From a virus, in IMG/VR virus record IMGVR_UViG_3300044825_000904, positions 1 to 64,000 of that record: a stretch of DNA of 64,000 nt; one strand, written 5' to 3'. Shown here piece by piece: positions 44,616 through 53,741 of this stretch. The notes under the pieces were generated by a model. It was not told where the DNA came from. It was given only the letters and a program-made list of their open reading frames with translations, and did not search any database. How positions within the stretch are numbered: the first letter of the stretch is position 1; every line of letters begins with the position of its first letter. The translations under genes and the position numbers were made by a program.

Positions 44616-47600
44616 TTACGGACAACTATAGAACGATGTTATTTGAATTGAACCATTATATCCAGGAGGAACAGTAGTTTGTGTTAATGTGGCTCCTGTA
44701 TAAGTATAGAACTTCTCTGTTGGATATGGCAATACATATCTTCTACCAACTGATCCAGGAACAATCGTAGTGTATGCATATCCTGTACCAGGAGAGCATT
44801 CTGATAACTCATAGTAAGTAGTTAATGTCTCACAACCCGTTTCTCCTGTAGGAGTAATTGCTAATAATGTCCCACCAGGGTTGTATTCTATTTCACCTGT
44901 AATAACATACGTACTACCCCCTGATGTAACTCTGTCATCTATGTTAAATATGCCGGTAGCATAACTTTGAGAGTTAGCAGTAGAGCTATCAAAGCAGTTA
45001 AACAATTGATACCAATAAGCAGCAGGAGTAGGACATCCTTGAAGTCCTGTAGGCTCAACATCTATTAAAACTCCTGCAGGCTCTTCATGTAAAACCTCAA
45101 TGATATTAAATGTAGAATCACCAAAAGTGACACGATCATTAAGTTCATAAGTACCTGCCGCATACTGAATTGTATATGGAGTACTAAATACATCACAGTT
45201 TAATAATTTATACCAATCGTATAATACCTCTTGACTGATATTTAATACTACATCATCAGCACAACTATTTATTGTTATGTCTAAATCTCTAGCAGTTGTG
45301 GTATTTTCTGTAACTGTAACTGTAATCAATTGATTATTAGAACCAAATCTATCACTTAATGTAACCCAAGTGTTAGTCGGAACAGTTATCTCCCAATCAG
45401 AATTAGACTCAATGTAAAATGTTTTGCTCTGAGCCAAACCATCAAATGATAAAGATGTAGGTGTTACCGATAATGAGCAAGTTTTAATTTGTCTATCATT
45501 ATCTAACGCTAAAACATAATGCTCAAAGTATGGATCAAACATTCCTAGTTTTACTGTATTAGTATCTAAGTTTGCTTTAAACCAGTTCTTCATTCCTTGG
45601 GATGAGACCTCAAATAAACCATTAGGTTGTAATGCCATAACAGCACCACGTCTAGCGTCAGTAAAGAATAAATCATTACCCCACTTAGTAAAACTTTCTG
45701 GGTTTAAACTAATACCATATTCTCCTTCGTAAGAAATTTGAGTACCCAATACCTCAGGAATAGATGCAACTACGCCTCCACCTGTTGAATCACTCAATAA
45801 ATTCTTACCATAAAGAACTTTAGATATCTTATTCTCTTGCAATACAACTAAATCTGTATCACGAGAGAATAGTTTTTGGATAGAACCAAAGAATCTATCT
45901 AAGTATTTAAAGTTTCCAAGTGATAAGTTAAACTCATTTAATCTATTAATTGCAGATGTCTGAGTATAAATACCGCTGTATGTAAGAGCTTGAACTAAAG
46001 TTTGCTGCTCATATCCCTCAATGGTAGAGTTTACACGTGGGCTAAACTGCATTGTTGCAGAATTCCACGCATCCCTAATTCTAAAACTTTCAACACCATT
46101 ACCAAAAGTAAATGCATTAAAATCAGAATTAAAGTCAAGTGTATTTAAATCTATTATCGCCGGAGCCCCCAATGCAATATTCTGATTGTCAACATTTCCA
46201 TAGTGATTGCCATCGATAATAGGATACGTTTGTGAAAGCTCATAGTATATATCTTGGTTAGTGTCAGTTGGAACAGTCTCAAATAAAGAAGGGAACTCAG
46301 ATTGTTGTAACGAAAATTCCGTATCAATAGCTGGTTCTGCTCCTCCTTGATAAGAGTAGAAATACATATACACAGGGTAAGCTAAAGATGTCGAACTTAT
46401 AGTTGATCCTTGCGATATACTTCCTGGTCTTCCCGAAGATAACTGTAAACCTCTTCTAAAACAAACATTTTTAGGACCAACATTTTCATCACTAGTTCCT
46501 AATGCAACCCATTTTTGGTATGCCCCATCCTCAACAAACCATTCTTCAATATTAACATAATCTCTTGTAGAGATAAATGTCTGGGTAATCCATTGGTCTG
46601 TCCCGTTTGTTTCTTTATACTTAAATGTTAATATAGCTCCCGCTTTAACAGGTCTATCTTCATCGTGAGCAGCAGTAGGGTCCCAATTATTTAATGTAAA
46701 GAATACTCCTGGTACAGGAGTATTATAATCTATGTAACCTCCGAATATATTTAAACATACTTCTGCTACATTCCCTCTGCAATTAACAACCCAATAATCT
46801 TTAAATGTATATCCACTATTAGCCGCAAATCTAATAGAACAAGTTCCACCCGAATAGGTTAATACTTGGTCTGCAGCAGAGTTAATAGTAATTCCACTAG
46901 CAACTAAAACTTTATAATTACCATTTTGAGATGCGTAATATTTAAAAGTAGTTCCTGCAACATTATCAATTTCTACATAAAATCTAGTATCATTGTCTCC
47001 AGTGTATACATTAGATGCACCTGTAGTCATTGTATCTAAACCTGAACCGTAGAATATAGCATTCTCAGCAACATTAAATCTATCAAAAACTAAAGTTGTA
47101 GCTGAACTAGGGTATCCTCCAACATTATAATCTTTATAATATGTTACAGGAGGTAACTCTGACGCTTCAATTTTTAATTTAAAATATACACCTGCAGGCT
47201 GAACTGAATCAGCACTGTTTAAGAAGTTGGCATTTTTAGATTCAATATCTAATACTTTATATTGAACATTAGTATTAGTTGCAGCACTTTTTAAATACAA
47301 ATAAGAACCAACCGATATTTTATCTTGGTCAGCTTGGTTAATTAAAAACCATTTAAACTGACCATCATTAAAATAAGTTAATGGGAATACATTATAATAG
47401 TCCTGCTTATCCTGCTTAATCATAAAGCGATAATGTGTAGCAAAAGATGGTGGCTGGTAAGTACCATCAATTGTGATACGAATATTATTCGCATCAACAG
47501 CATTAACAGGAGGTATGTAAATTGTATTAGTATTATCTGTTGGTGTAATCACAGTAGTTGTTCTCCCGTAATCATCCAAGTAGACAATACCAATCTCATA

Positions 47601-48734
47601 GTCTCTATTGCTTTTAAACGTAGGAGTAGGTGTTCCACTGACTACTGAATTAGATAATAGTGATACTGAGAAAGCTGGATTAATGGGTTCTTTGTTTTCC
47701 TTTAACAAATCAAAGAATTGAGTATAATTACCATATACCAATCTACTTCCAATTAACTCTTGAGACTTCGCCTTAATAGGCACGTTATCAAACAATCTAT
47801 TTACTTGCTCAATTGGCAATAATGTAAATACTTTATTGTTTTTAAACTTATATTGATATTCCGAATCGTCGTCGTAATTATTTAGAGATTTAACTAAATT
47901 ATCAATCACATAAGTATTAGTACTTAATGTATCTCTAAAAACCAACTGAATCTCTTTTACAGTTTTAGGCCCAGAGTTGAAAGTTATATCTGCTGTGTTA
48001 AAGTTGTTAACCATAGATACGTTCTCTGATACACCATAATCGTATGCATATTCTTTTGGAAAGAATGCTACAGGTGAGAATGGAGATAGAGCACTATACT
48101 CGTTGTCTAAATATTTATATCTGTAAGAAAAGTATAAAAATTTATTCTCTAAGTTGTTAGCTTCACCCTGTGAATATAAATTAATTGTTGGTGCCGATAA
48201 AGGAGGAGCTAAGATAACATTGATGTCAGCCTCAGTAAATCCATTTACAGCATAATTCTTCGCACGATCAATATTAATCCTGCGTGGAGGATTTAGATTG
48301 TCAGTCCAAAAAAGCAACCCGTTAATATAGTTGATACCTGTAACAAAAAACTCTTTATTAAAGCCAAGTTTTGAGGTTGTAGTAGGCGTTTTAGTTGCCT
48401 GAATAACAGGTGTTGTTAAATCTAATGTTTCATTGTATTCATAAATAGCATCCAAGTAATCAGATGCTACTAACCAATAGATACAATTGTTAGCCTCATA
48501 AGCAAGTGAACCAATACACATTGCATTGGTTAACTCGTAGTCCGTTCCCTTTAATACGTTACCTAAATAATTTTGTGCTACCCCATTATGTGAGCCTTCT
48601 TCAGAAACAAATGTTCCATCAGAATCGCCCACAATAATATTGAGTGCATCTCTATATGCACCATCAGGTAAAAAGTGAGGGTCAAGATCTTTATTCATGA
48701 CCCCCGAAAGGAAATTTCTTTGAAGTTCTATCAT
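44616..48734 (-). CDS. Tail tubular/stabilisation (nozzle) protein with C-terminal BACON and Cys-clamped modules
   Basis: F..G.MNKDLD...LP.G.YRDALN; LFWTDN.NPPR.IN; RLVYGNY; GEYGIS.NPES; FTDARRG. Confidence 0.8.
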   Translation of the reverse strand: MIELQRNFLSGVMNKDLDPHFLPDGAYRDALNIIVGDSDGTFVSEEGSHNGVAQNYLGNVLKGTDYELTNAMCIGSLAYEANNCIYWLVASDYLDAIYEYNETLDLTTPVIQATKTPTTTSKLGFNKEFFVTGINYINGLLFWTDNLNPPRRINIDRAKNYAVNGFTEADINVILAPPLSAPTINLYSQGEANNLENKFLYFSYRYKYLDNEYSALSPFSPVAFFPKEYAYDYGVSENVSMVNNFNTADITFNSGPKTVKEIQLVFRDTLSTNTYVIDNLVKSLNNYDDDSEYQYKFKNNKVFTLLPIEQVNRLFDNVPIKAKSQELIGSRLVYGNYTQFFDLLKENKEPINPAFSVSLLSNSVVSGTPTPTFKSNRDYEIGIVYLDDYGRTTTVITPTDNTNTIYIPPVNAVDANNIRITIDGTYQPPSFATHYRFMIKQDKQDYYNVFPLTYFNDGQFKWFLINQADQDKISVGSYLYLKSAATNTNVQYKVLDIESKNANFLNSADSVQPAGVYFKLKIEASELPPVTYYKDYNVGGYPSSATTLVFDRFNVAENAIFYGSGLDTMTTGASNVYTGDNDTRFYVEIDNVAGTTFKYYASQNGNYKVLVASGITINSAADQVLTYSGGTCSIRFAANSGYTFKDYWVVNCRGNVAEVCLNIFGGYIDYNTPVPGVFFTLNNWDPTAAHDEDRPVKAGAILTFKYKETNGTDQWITQTFISTRDYVNIEEWFVEDGAYQKWVALGTSDENVGPKNVCFRRGLQLSSGRPGSISQGSTISSTSLAYPVYMYFYSYQGGAEPAIDTEFSLQQSEFPSLFETVPTDTNQDIYYELSQTYPIIDGNHYGNVDNQNIALGAPAIIDLNTLDFNSDFNAFTFGNGVESFRIRDAWNSATMQFSPRVNSTIEGYEQQTLVQALTYSGIYTQTSAINRLNEFNLSLGNFKYLDRFFGSIQKLFSRDTDLVVLQENKISKVLYGKNLLSDSTGGGVVASIPEVLGTQISYEGEYGISLNPESFTKWGNDLFFTDARRGAVMALQPNGLFEVSSQGMKNWFKANLDTNTVKLGMFDPYFEHYVLALDNDRQIKTCSLSVTPTSLSFDGLAQSKTFYIESNSDWEITVPTNTWVTLSDRFGSNNQLITVTVTENTTTARDLDITINSCADDVVLNISQEVLYDWYKLLNCDVFSTPYTIQYAAGTYELNDRVTFGDSTFNIIEVLHEEPAGVLIDVEPTGLQGCPTPAAYWYQLFNCFDSSTANSQSYATGIFNIDDRVTSGGSTYVITGEIEYNPGGTLLAITPTGETGCETLTTYYELSECSPGTGYAYTTIVPGSVGRRYVLPYPTEKFYTYTGATLTQTTVPPGYNGSIQITSFYSCP

Positions 48735-49631
48735 TTACTTAATCCACTTAGATTGGCCTCTCATGCTCATTAACAAGCGACCTGGGTGTAAATTACTTAA
48801 TCTAATCTTTGCGTTTCTCCAATTAGAAACTTTTTCTTTGCGAGCTCGTGAAATAACATACTCAGGCTGGTTTGCCTTTGTGTTTAAGATAGCCCATTTA
48901 ATGTATGAGTAAATATACTCTTCTGCTAACTTAGGAATAGTAATCTGAGCGTCGTCACCTGGATACAATCCGTCTGAAATATATTCTAATACAACAGAGC
49001 GATTAAACATACCTGAGCTAAAGTTAATAACTCCAGCTGCTTTGTCTACTCTAAATGTAGGGTTTACGTTTGCTACTTCAGTATTCAATCCATAAGCAGC
49101 ACCGAATCCCCAAGTGAAATACCAAAGACCATCTACATACCAACCCCACTGATTATTGAATGGGCATAGCATATAGTTCTCTCCATCAATACGAGACAAG
49201 TCTAGTTTAGATGTTCCTTGTAGGGCATTGCCTTGGTCATCAAATAAAATCTGATACTCATCATCCTGCAAAAATTCAATAGATGAATTAGCCTGAGGAT
49301 TCTCAGTCATTGGGTATAAGTTTCCACCCCAAAATAAAGATACACGAACATAGTTCACGTAATCAGGAGGCAATATAAACTTAAGGTCATGTCCAACTTC
49401 TAACTGCAAAGCATTAATCTGACGATTACCATCGTAGTTTAATTCCTGTACAGCTCTTTTGGCGTGGAATAATACCTTGTATCTGTTGATGTTATTCAAC
49501 AAATCGCCATCATCTGTATACATTAAGATGAAGTTATTTACAACATCGCCTAATGTTACATTCTGATACGTGCCCCAATTGGCATCGGTAGGGGTGACCC
49601 CATCATTGGTATAATATTTCTCCTGATTCAT
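48735..49631 (-). CDS. Head-tail ring/structural protein
   Basis: VLFHAKRAVQELNYD; LPPDYVNYVR; LEYISDG. Confidence 0.7.
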   Translation of the reverse strand: MNQEKYYTNDGVTPTDANWGTYQNVTLGDVVNNFILMYTDDGDLLNNINRYKVLFHAKRAVQELNYDGNRQINALQLEVGHDLKFILPPDYVNYVRVSLFWGGNLYPMTENPQANSSIEFLQDDEYQILFDDQGNALQGTSKLDLSRIDGENYMLCPFNNQWGWYVDGLWYFTWGFGAAYGLNTEVANVNPTFRVDKAAGVINFSSGMFNRSVVLEYISDGLYPGDDAQITIPKLAEEYIYSYIKWAILNTKANQPEYVISRARKEKVSNWRNAKIRLSNLHPGRLLMSMRGQSKWIK

Positions 49632-50323
49632 TATTGTTGTTTTTGATCAGTGTATGCTTCTTCTGCTCTTGCCGCTTGAACCACATCCATTTCTCTAATG
49701 TTAACACCTGCATATTCACAAATCTTAACGACTAACTTAGGGAAGTCAGATATAGCCAACTCGAAATCTTGGTAGTCATTAGCCGATTGATTAAACAAAG
49801 GGCTACCGTTAACTACTGTATAAGTCCATTTAGGATCTAACGGGTATCTAACGTAATAGATATTAATGTTATCCGTAATGGTATTCGGGTACACAGTAAC
49901 TTGATTACCTTGCATAACATACGTAGGGTATGTTTCTGTAGGTGCTGTTAAATTGGAATTAAGCAAATAATATAATTTACCTTGGTCCACATGAGTAACC
50001 TCTTTACCATTATAGTATAATACATTTAATAAGAAAAAGTTTGCAGGTAAGTCGAATCTACTATCTCCTGAATTGTATACCAAGTCTTCGTTCTTAGAGA
50101 AATAGTCAATAGTTTGGTCTATTTGCTTAGTGATATCGGAGTACCCACTGGTCTCCATACCCTTCATATCTTTTATCTTAGCCTGCTGAAAGTCAAAGAA
50201 GTATTGTTGGAACAATTCTAACTGAGCTTGCTTTGCAAAGCTGTTGAATTCTTCTGGTGTAATAAACCCATTATTATCCTTATTGATAATATTTAGGACA
50301 GTATTTCGTACGGAATTTATCAT
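49631..50323 (-). CDS. Head-tail adaptor/ring protein
   Basis: MINSVRNTVL...K.NNG.ITPEEFN..A.QAQ; Y.RYP.DPKW; start moved to 50323. Confidence 0.7.
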   Translation of the reverse strand: MINSVRNTVLNIINKDNNGFITPEEFNSFAKQAQLELFQQYFFDFQQAKIKDMKGMETSGYSDITKQIDQTIDYFSKNEDLVYNSGDSRFDLPANFFLLNVLYYNGKEVTHVDQGKLYYLLNSNLTAPTETYPTYVMQGNQVTVYPNTITDNINIYYVRYPLDPKWTYTVVNGSPLFNQSANDYQDFELAISDFPKLVVKICEYAGVNIREMDVVQAARAEEAYTDQKQQ

Positions 50324-50338
50324 AATGACAAAGATAAT

Positions 50339-50363
50339 AAAAAAAGGGCACTCAGTGTGCCCT
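50339..50363 (-). terminator. Intrinsic terminator
   Basis: AGGGCAC/GTGCCCT hairpin with a T-run on the minus strand. Confidence 0.7.
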
Positions 50364-50369
50364 CTTAAT

Positions 50370-51116
50370 TTAGCGATATTTTTTAGATAGTAACTCGTAG
50401 ACATCTAAACCATCATTGCTTTGGAGCCATGACACAAGTAGTTTGGTTGGGTCTTCTCCAAATGGAACGCCCATTAACTTATTCTTATTGTCAGGCAGGT
50501 TAAAGAAGATGTCACGTTTTTTATTCTTCAATACAAACGTACCATCTTGCAATGCCTTAGCTGCGATATCATTCAACTTAAGCTCAGGATCATTTAACAT
50601 GTTCATGAATTCGTAAGGATGGTTACGTGCATATAAAATTAAGTCACGTCTCAATTCCTCTGTAGTTAAACGATCAACACGAGCACCTAATAGTACACGT
50701 CCTAATGCATCAGCTGTATTGATATCTAAATCACGTGCAGCAAGTTGTGCATCCAATTGAGAGTACATAACCTCAATCTGATTGTTTGCATCTCTTTGAG
50801 TATCAACCTCTTCGAACAACACACCATTGTCTGGGTGTAATTCTAGGAATTGTTGTAATACCTGGTTGTATTTGTTAACAGCTAACAAACCATCTTCAAA
50901 GATGATTGGCTCTAAAATGAAGTTACCATCTTGCTCATCTTCAAATGGAGACTTCTGGTTAACTGCATAACGTAAAGCTCTATTAAGACCTTTAGAAGCG
51001 TCAAAGTATAGTAATGATTTGTTTCTAGTATTTCTACTAGCAAGCATAAAGCTGATAGGGAATGTTTTTCTTTTAAGGACATAGATCTTGTCCTTTAATT
51101 CTTTCTGAGTTGACAT
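50370..51116 (-). CDS. Conserved protein downstream of the capsid gene
   Basis: RALRYA.NQKSPF.DEQ; FEDG.L; FLELHP.NG. Confidence 0.75.
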   Translation of the reverse strand: MSTQKELKDKIYVLKRKTFPISFMLASRNTRNKSLLYFDASKGLNRALRYAVNQKSPFEDEQDGNFILEPIIFEDGLLAVNKYNQVLQQFLELHPDNGVLFEEVDTQRDANNQIEVMYSQLDAQLAARDLDINTADALGRVLLGARVDRLTTEELRRDLILYARNHPYEFMNMLNDPELKLNDIAAKALQDGTFVLKNKKRDIFFNLPDNKNKLMGVPFGEDPTKLLVSWLQSNDGLDVYELLSKKYR

Positions 51117-51145
51117 TATATTTGATTTTAAAATTTAAACAAATT

Positions 51146-51171
51146 AAATAAGGGGAGACCGAAGCCTCCCC
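51146..51171 (-). terminator. Terminator after the major capsid gene (UUCG tetraloop)
   Basis: GGGGAGGC-TTCG-GTCTCCCC-TTATTT. Confidence 0.75.
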
Positions 51172-51180
51172 CTAAGTTTA

Positions 51181-52596
51181 CTAGTTCTCGAACAAGAAGA
51201 AGTTGTTCGCACCAAGAGTACATAATGCACGCTCAGATAAGAAGTTAACTTCCATTGCATCTAAAGAACTTGTTTGAGCACCACCAGCAGAACCAGTGAT
51301 CCAAGTTTTGTAACGACGATCTTCAGTTTCAGAAGCACGGTAACGTACGTGTAAGAACGGACGCTTAGCATTCTTTCCTAAGATTTGATCGTATACGTTA
51401 GTAGAACCTGCAGGTACCAAGATACCATTGATAGCTCCACCTACGATTCCACCACGAGTAGTTGCATCGTTTAAGTATTTCCAGTCAGTCTTGTAGAAAT
51501 CGTATCCACGCTTAAAGCCTGTGAAACCTAAGTTTAACGCCATAGTCTCGCTGTTGTCGAATAAACCGTAAGAAGTACCACCTGAACCATAAGAGTTTTG
51601 TGATGCCAACATATCGTCGATATCAAAACCAAACTTACGGTTTAAGAAGATAACATTCTCTTGGATTGCTCCTTGCTTATCAAGACGTTGGATGATAGAA
51701 TCGAAGTCAGACAAAGTAGTTGGGTTACCACCTGCCCATACGTTTCCACGCTCAGCAACAGCATTGAATAAACCTTGAGTACCAGCAGCACCAGGTTGTA
51801 CTTGAGAAGAAGCTACAGTTAAGTAAGTAGCAGCAGCTGAACCAGCTTCTGCAGGAACACCTTCAACCATTGACATCTCTAAGTAATCTTCGAAACGTAA
51901 ACGAGTCTCGTGCTCAGACTTGATGTACCATAAGTAACCAGTAGCACCGTTCTCAGAAGTTACTTCAACCCATCCGATTTGAGCCATGTCAGAACCAGAA
52001 ACAGCGTACTTATCTTTGATGATAATTGGCTTGTTTTCGAAGAAGATATCTTGAGACTCTAAAGAACCGTCCATTCCTAATGAACCTTTAGTGAATTCAG
52101 AACCGTAAACGAATGCAGTAGAAGCAGTATCTACAGCGATTGATTGTCCTGAAGCAGCATAGTAAGCTACTGTGAAAGTGTTAGCAGTTGTATCTACTGC
52201 AGTGATAACCGCTTTATCAGAAGCAGAACCAGAGTTTGCAGATAAGAATACAGTTTGGTTAACACGGAAGTTAACAGTTACATCTGCATCTTCAACAGTC
52301 CACACAGCTGTATCTTGTCCTGCAGCAGCTGCTGAAGTACAGTTTACATACTTAGTGTGTAAACGACCTTGCTCTGCCCATTTGATTAAGTCAGAGTTAG
52401 AAGGTAATTCTGCACCTACCATACGTAAGAAAGATGCAATAGAACGATTACCATAACGCTCGAATTCAGCCTCGTAAGTATCAGGAAGATACTGATTTAA
52501 GAAATCGAAGTTAGTAATGTAGTTTGTAGGCAATGTTGCCTTTACCGCTGAGGGCTCTAATTGAAAGCCCGGGGTAGCTTGAACTGATCCAGCCAT
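51181..52596 (-). CDS. Major capsid protein
   Basis: QYLPD.YE.E.ERYGNR; W.EQGRLH; strong codon bias; follows scaffold; terminator downstream. Confidence 0.88.
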   Translation of the reverse strand: MAGSVQATPGFQLEPSAVKATLPTNYITNFDFLNQYLPDTYEAEFERYGNRSIASFLRMVGAELPSNSDLIKWAEQGRLHTKYVNCTSAAAAGQDTAVWTVEDADVTVNFRVNQTVFLSANSGSASDKAVITAVDTTANTFTVAYYAASGQSIAVDTASTAFVYGSEFTKGSLGMDGSLESQDIFFENKPIIIKDKYAVSGSDMAQIGWVEVTSENGATGYLWYIKSEHETRLRFEDYLEMSMVEGVPAEAGSAAATYLTVASSQVQPGAAGTQGLFNAVAERGNVWAGGNPTTLSDFDSIIQRLDKQGAIQENVIFLNRKFGFDIDDMLASQNSYGSGGTSYGLFDNSETMALNLGFTGFKRGYDFYKTDWKYLNDATTRGGIVGGAINGILVPAGSTNVYDQILGKNAKRPFLHVRYRASETEDRRYKTWITGSAGGAQTSSLDAMEVNFLSERALCTLGANNFFLFEN

Positions 52597-52615
52597 TGTT
52601 TTTGTTTTTTTGGTT

Positions 52616-53704
52616 TTAGTTTTTTAAAGATTTAATCTTAAGTCTGTTACCATGGTCACTATCCAATGCTGTTACTTTAAACCCACCTTTGTCGATATTT
52701 TGTGGAGCATTTCTAACGCTCATATCGATGTTCTTGCTTTGACGAACTGAGTCATCAATTGCATCTGCTTTGCCCATATCATAAAAGAATTTGGCCATCG
52801 CATCCGGGTTCATTGCCGCAGCAATTGTTTTGTGATACTGTTTAGCATCCTTAATGTATCCATTTTCATCAACGAAATTAGTGAAGAATTTGGAAATGTC
52901 TGTTTGTTGAGCTTTCAGCTGCTCTGGAGTTCCAGGTTTATAAGATACTTCCTTATCTCCAACTTTGAAATCAAAACCTTTGAATTCATCAGAGAATAAT
53001 TCATTTGTCTTATTCATAAAGTACTCCGACTTTTTAGCCTGCTCTTGCTGCATAGCAGTAGATTGGCTGATATATTGCTTGTAAGATTCCAAAGCCTCTT
53101 TGTCCTCAGCAGGAATAGCAGCTTCCATCCTCGACTCAAGGGGAGCTTTGTATTTTTCCTTTTGTTCTTCAAAGTACTTTGACGCCTTGCCAAGTTCTTT
53201 TTTAAGTGCTAACTTCTTGCGTTTGATTTCTTTTTCGTCATCCATCTCCTCATCGTATCCAAACTTTGATTCATATTCGAATGCGATATCCTCATCATCA
53301 AAATCAGGATTAGTCTCACGCATGTAGTCAGCTAGAAGTCTTTCTGGGTTAACCTTAGAAAAATCTTGGTTAACACGATAGAAATCTTCTAAACCACGCC
53401 CTGTGTCTTTCTTGAATTTTAAGAAAGCATTTACGTCTTCAGGAAGTAATTCCTGTTGTGGTCTCTCTGTAAATAATTCATCCAAAGAGTTTACCTCCTT
53501 GTTGAACTTTGTTTTTAAATATGAAAGAACGTCGTTGTCACCAAATTGCGGCGACTCTACTACAGGTGGCTCTTCTACATGTGTCTCCTCTACAGGAGCT
53601 ACATCTTCAGCCATCTTTTGTTCGTGCTGATCAAGCAACTGTTGCTCGATTTCTTGCACAGACTTTTCTTCAAAGTCTACAAGTTTTACTTGAATATTAT
53701 CCAT
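52616..53704 (-). CDS. Putative scaffolding protein
   Basis: Acidic, helical, between portal and MCP. Confidence 0.7.
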   Translation of the reverse strand: MDNIQVKLVDFEEKSVQEIEQQLLDQHEQKMAEDVAPVEETHVEEPPVVESPQFGDNDVLSYLKTKFNKEVNSLDELFTERPQQELLPEDVNAFLKFKKDTGRGLEDFYRVNQDFSKVNPERLLADYMRETNPDFDDEDIAFEYESKFGYDEEMDDEKEIKRKKLALKKELGKASKYFEEQKEKYKAPLESRMEAAIPAEDKEALESYKQYISQSTAMQQEQAKKSEYFMNKTNELFSDEFKGFDFKVGDKEVSYKPGTPEQLKAQQTDISKFFTNFVDENGYIKDAKQYHKTIAAAMNPDAMAKFFYDMGKADAIDDSVRQSKNIDMSVRNAPQNIDKGGFKVTALDSDHGNRLKIKSLKN

Positions 53705-53741
53705 TTAATTAAATTTAGTTGCACAAAAGTAATAATAAAAA

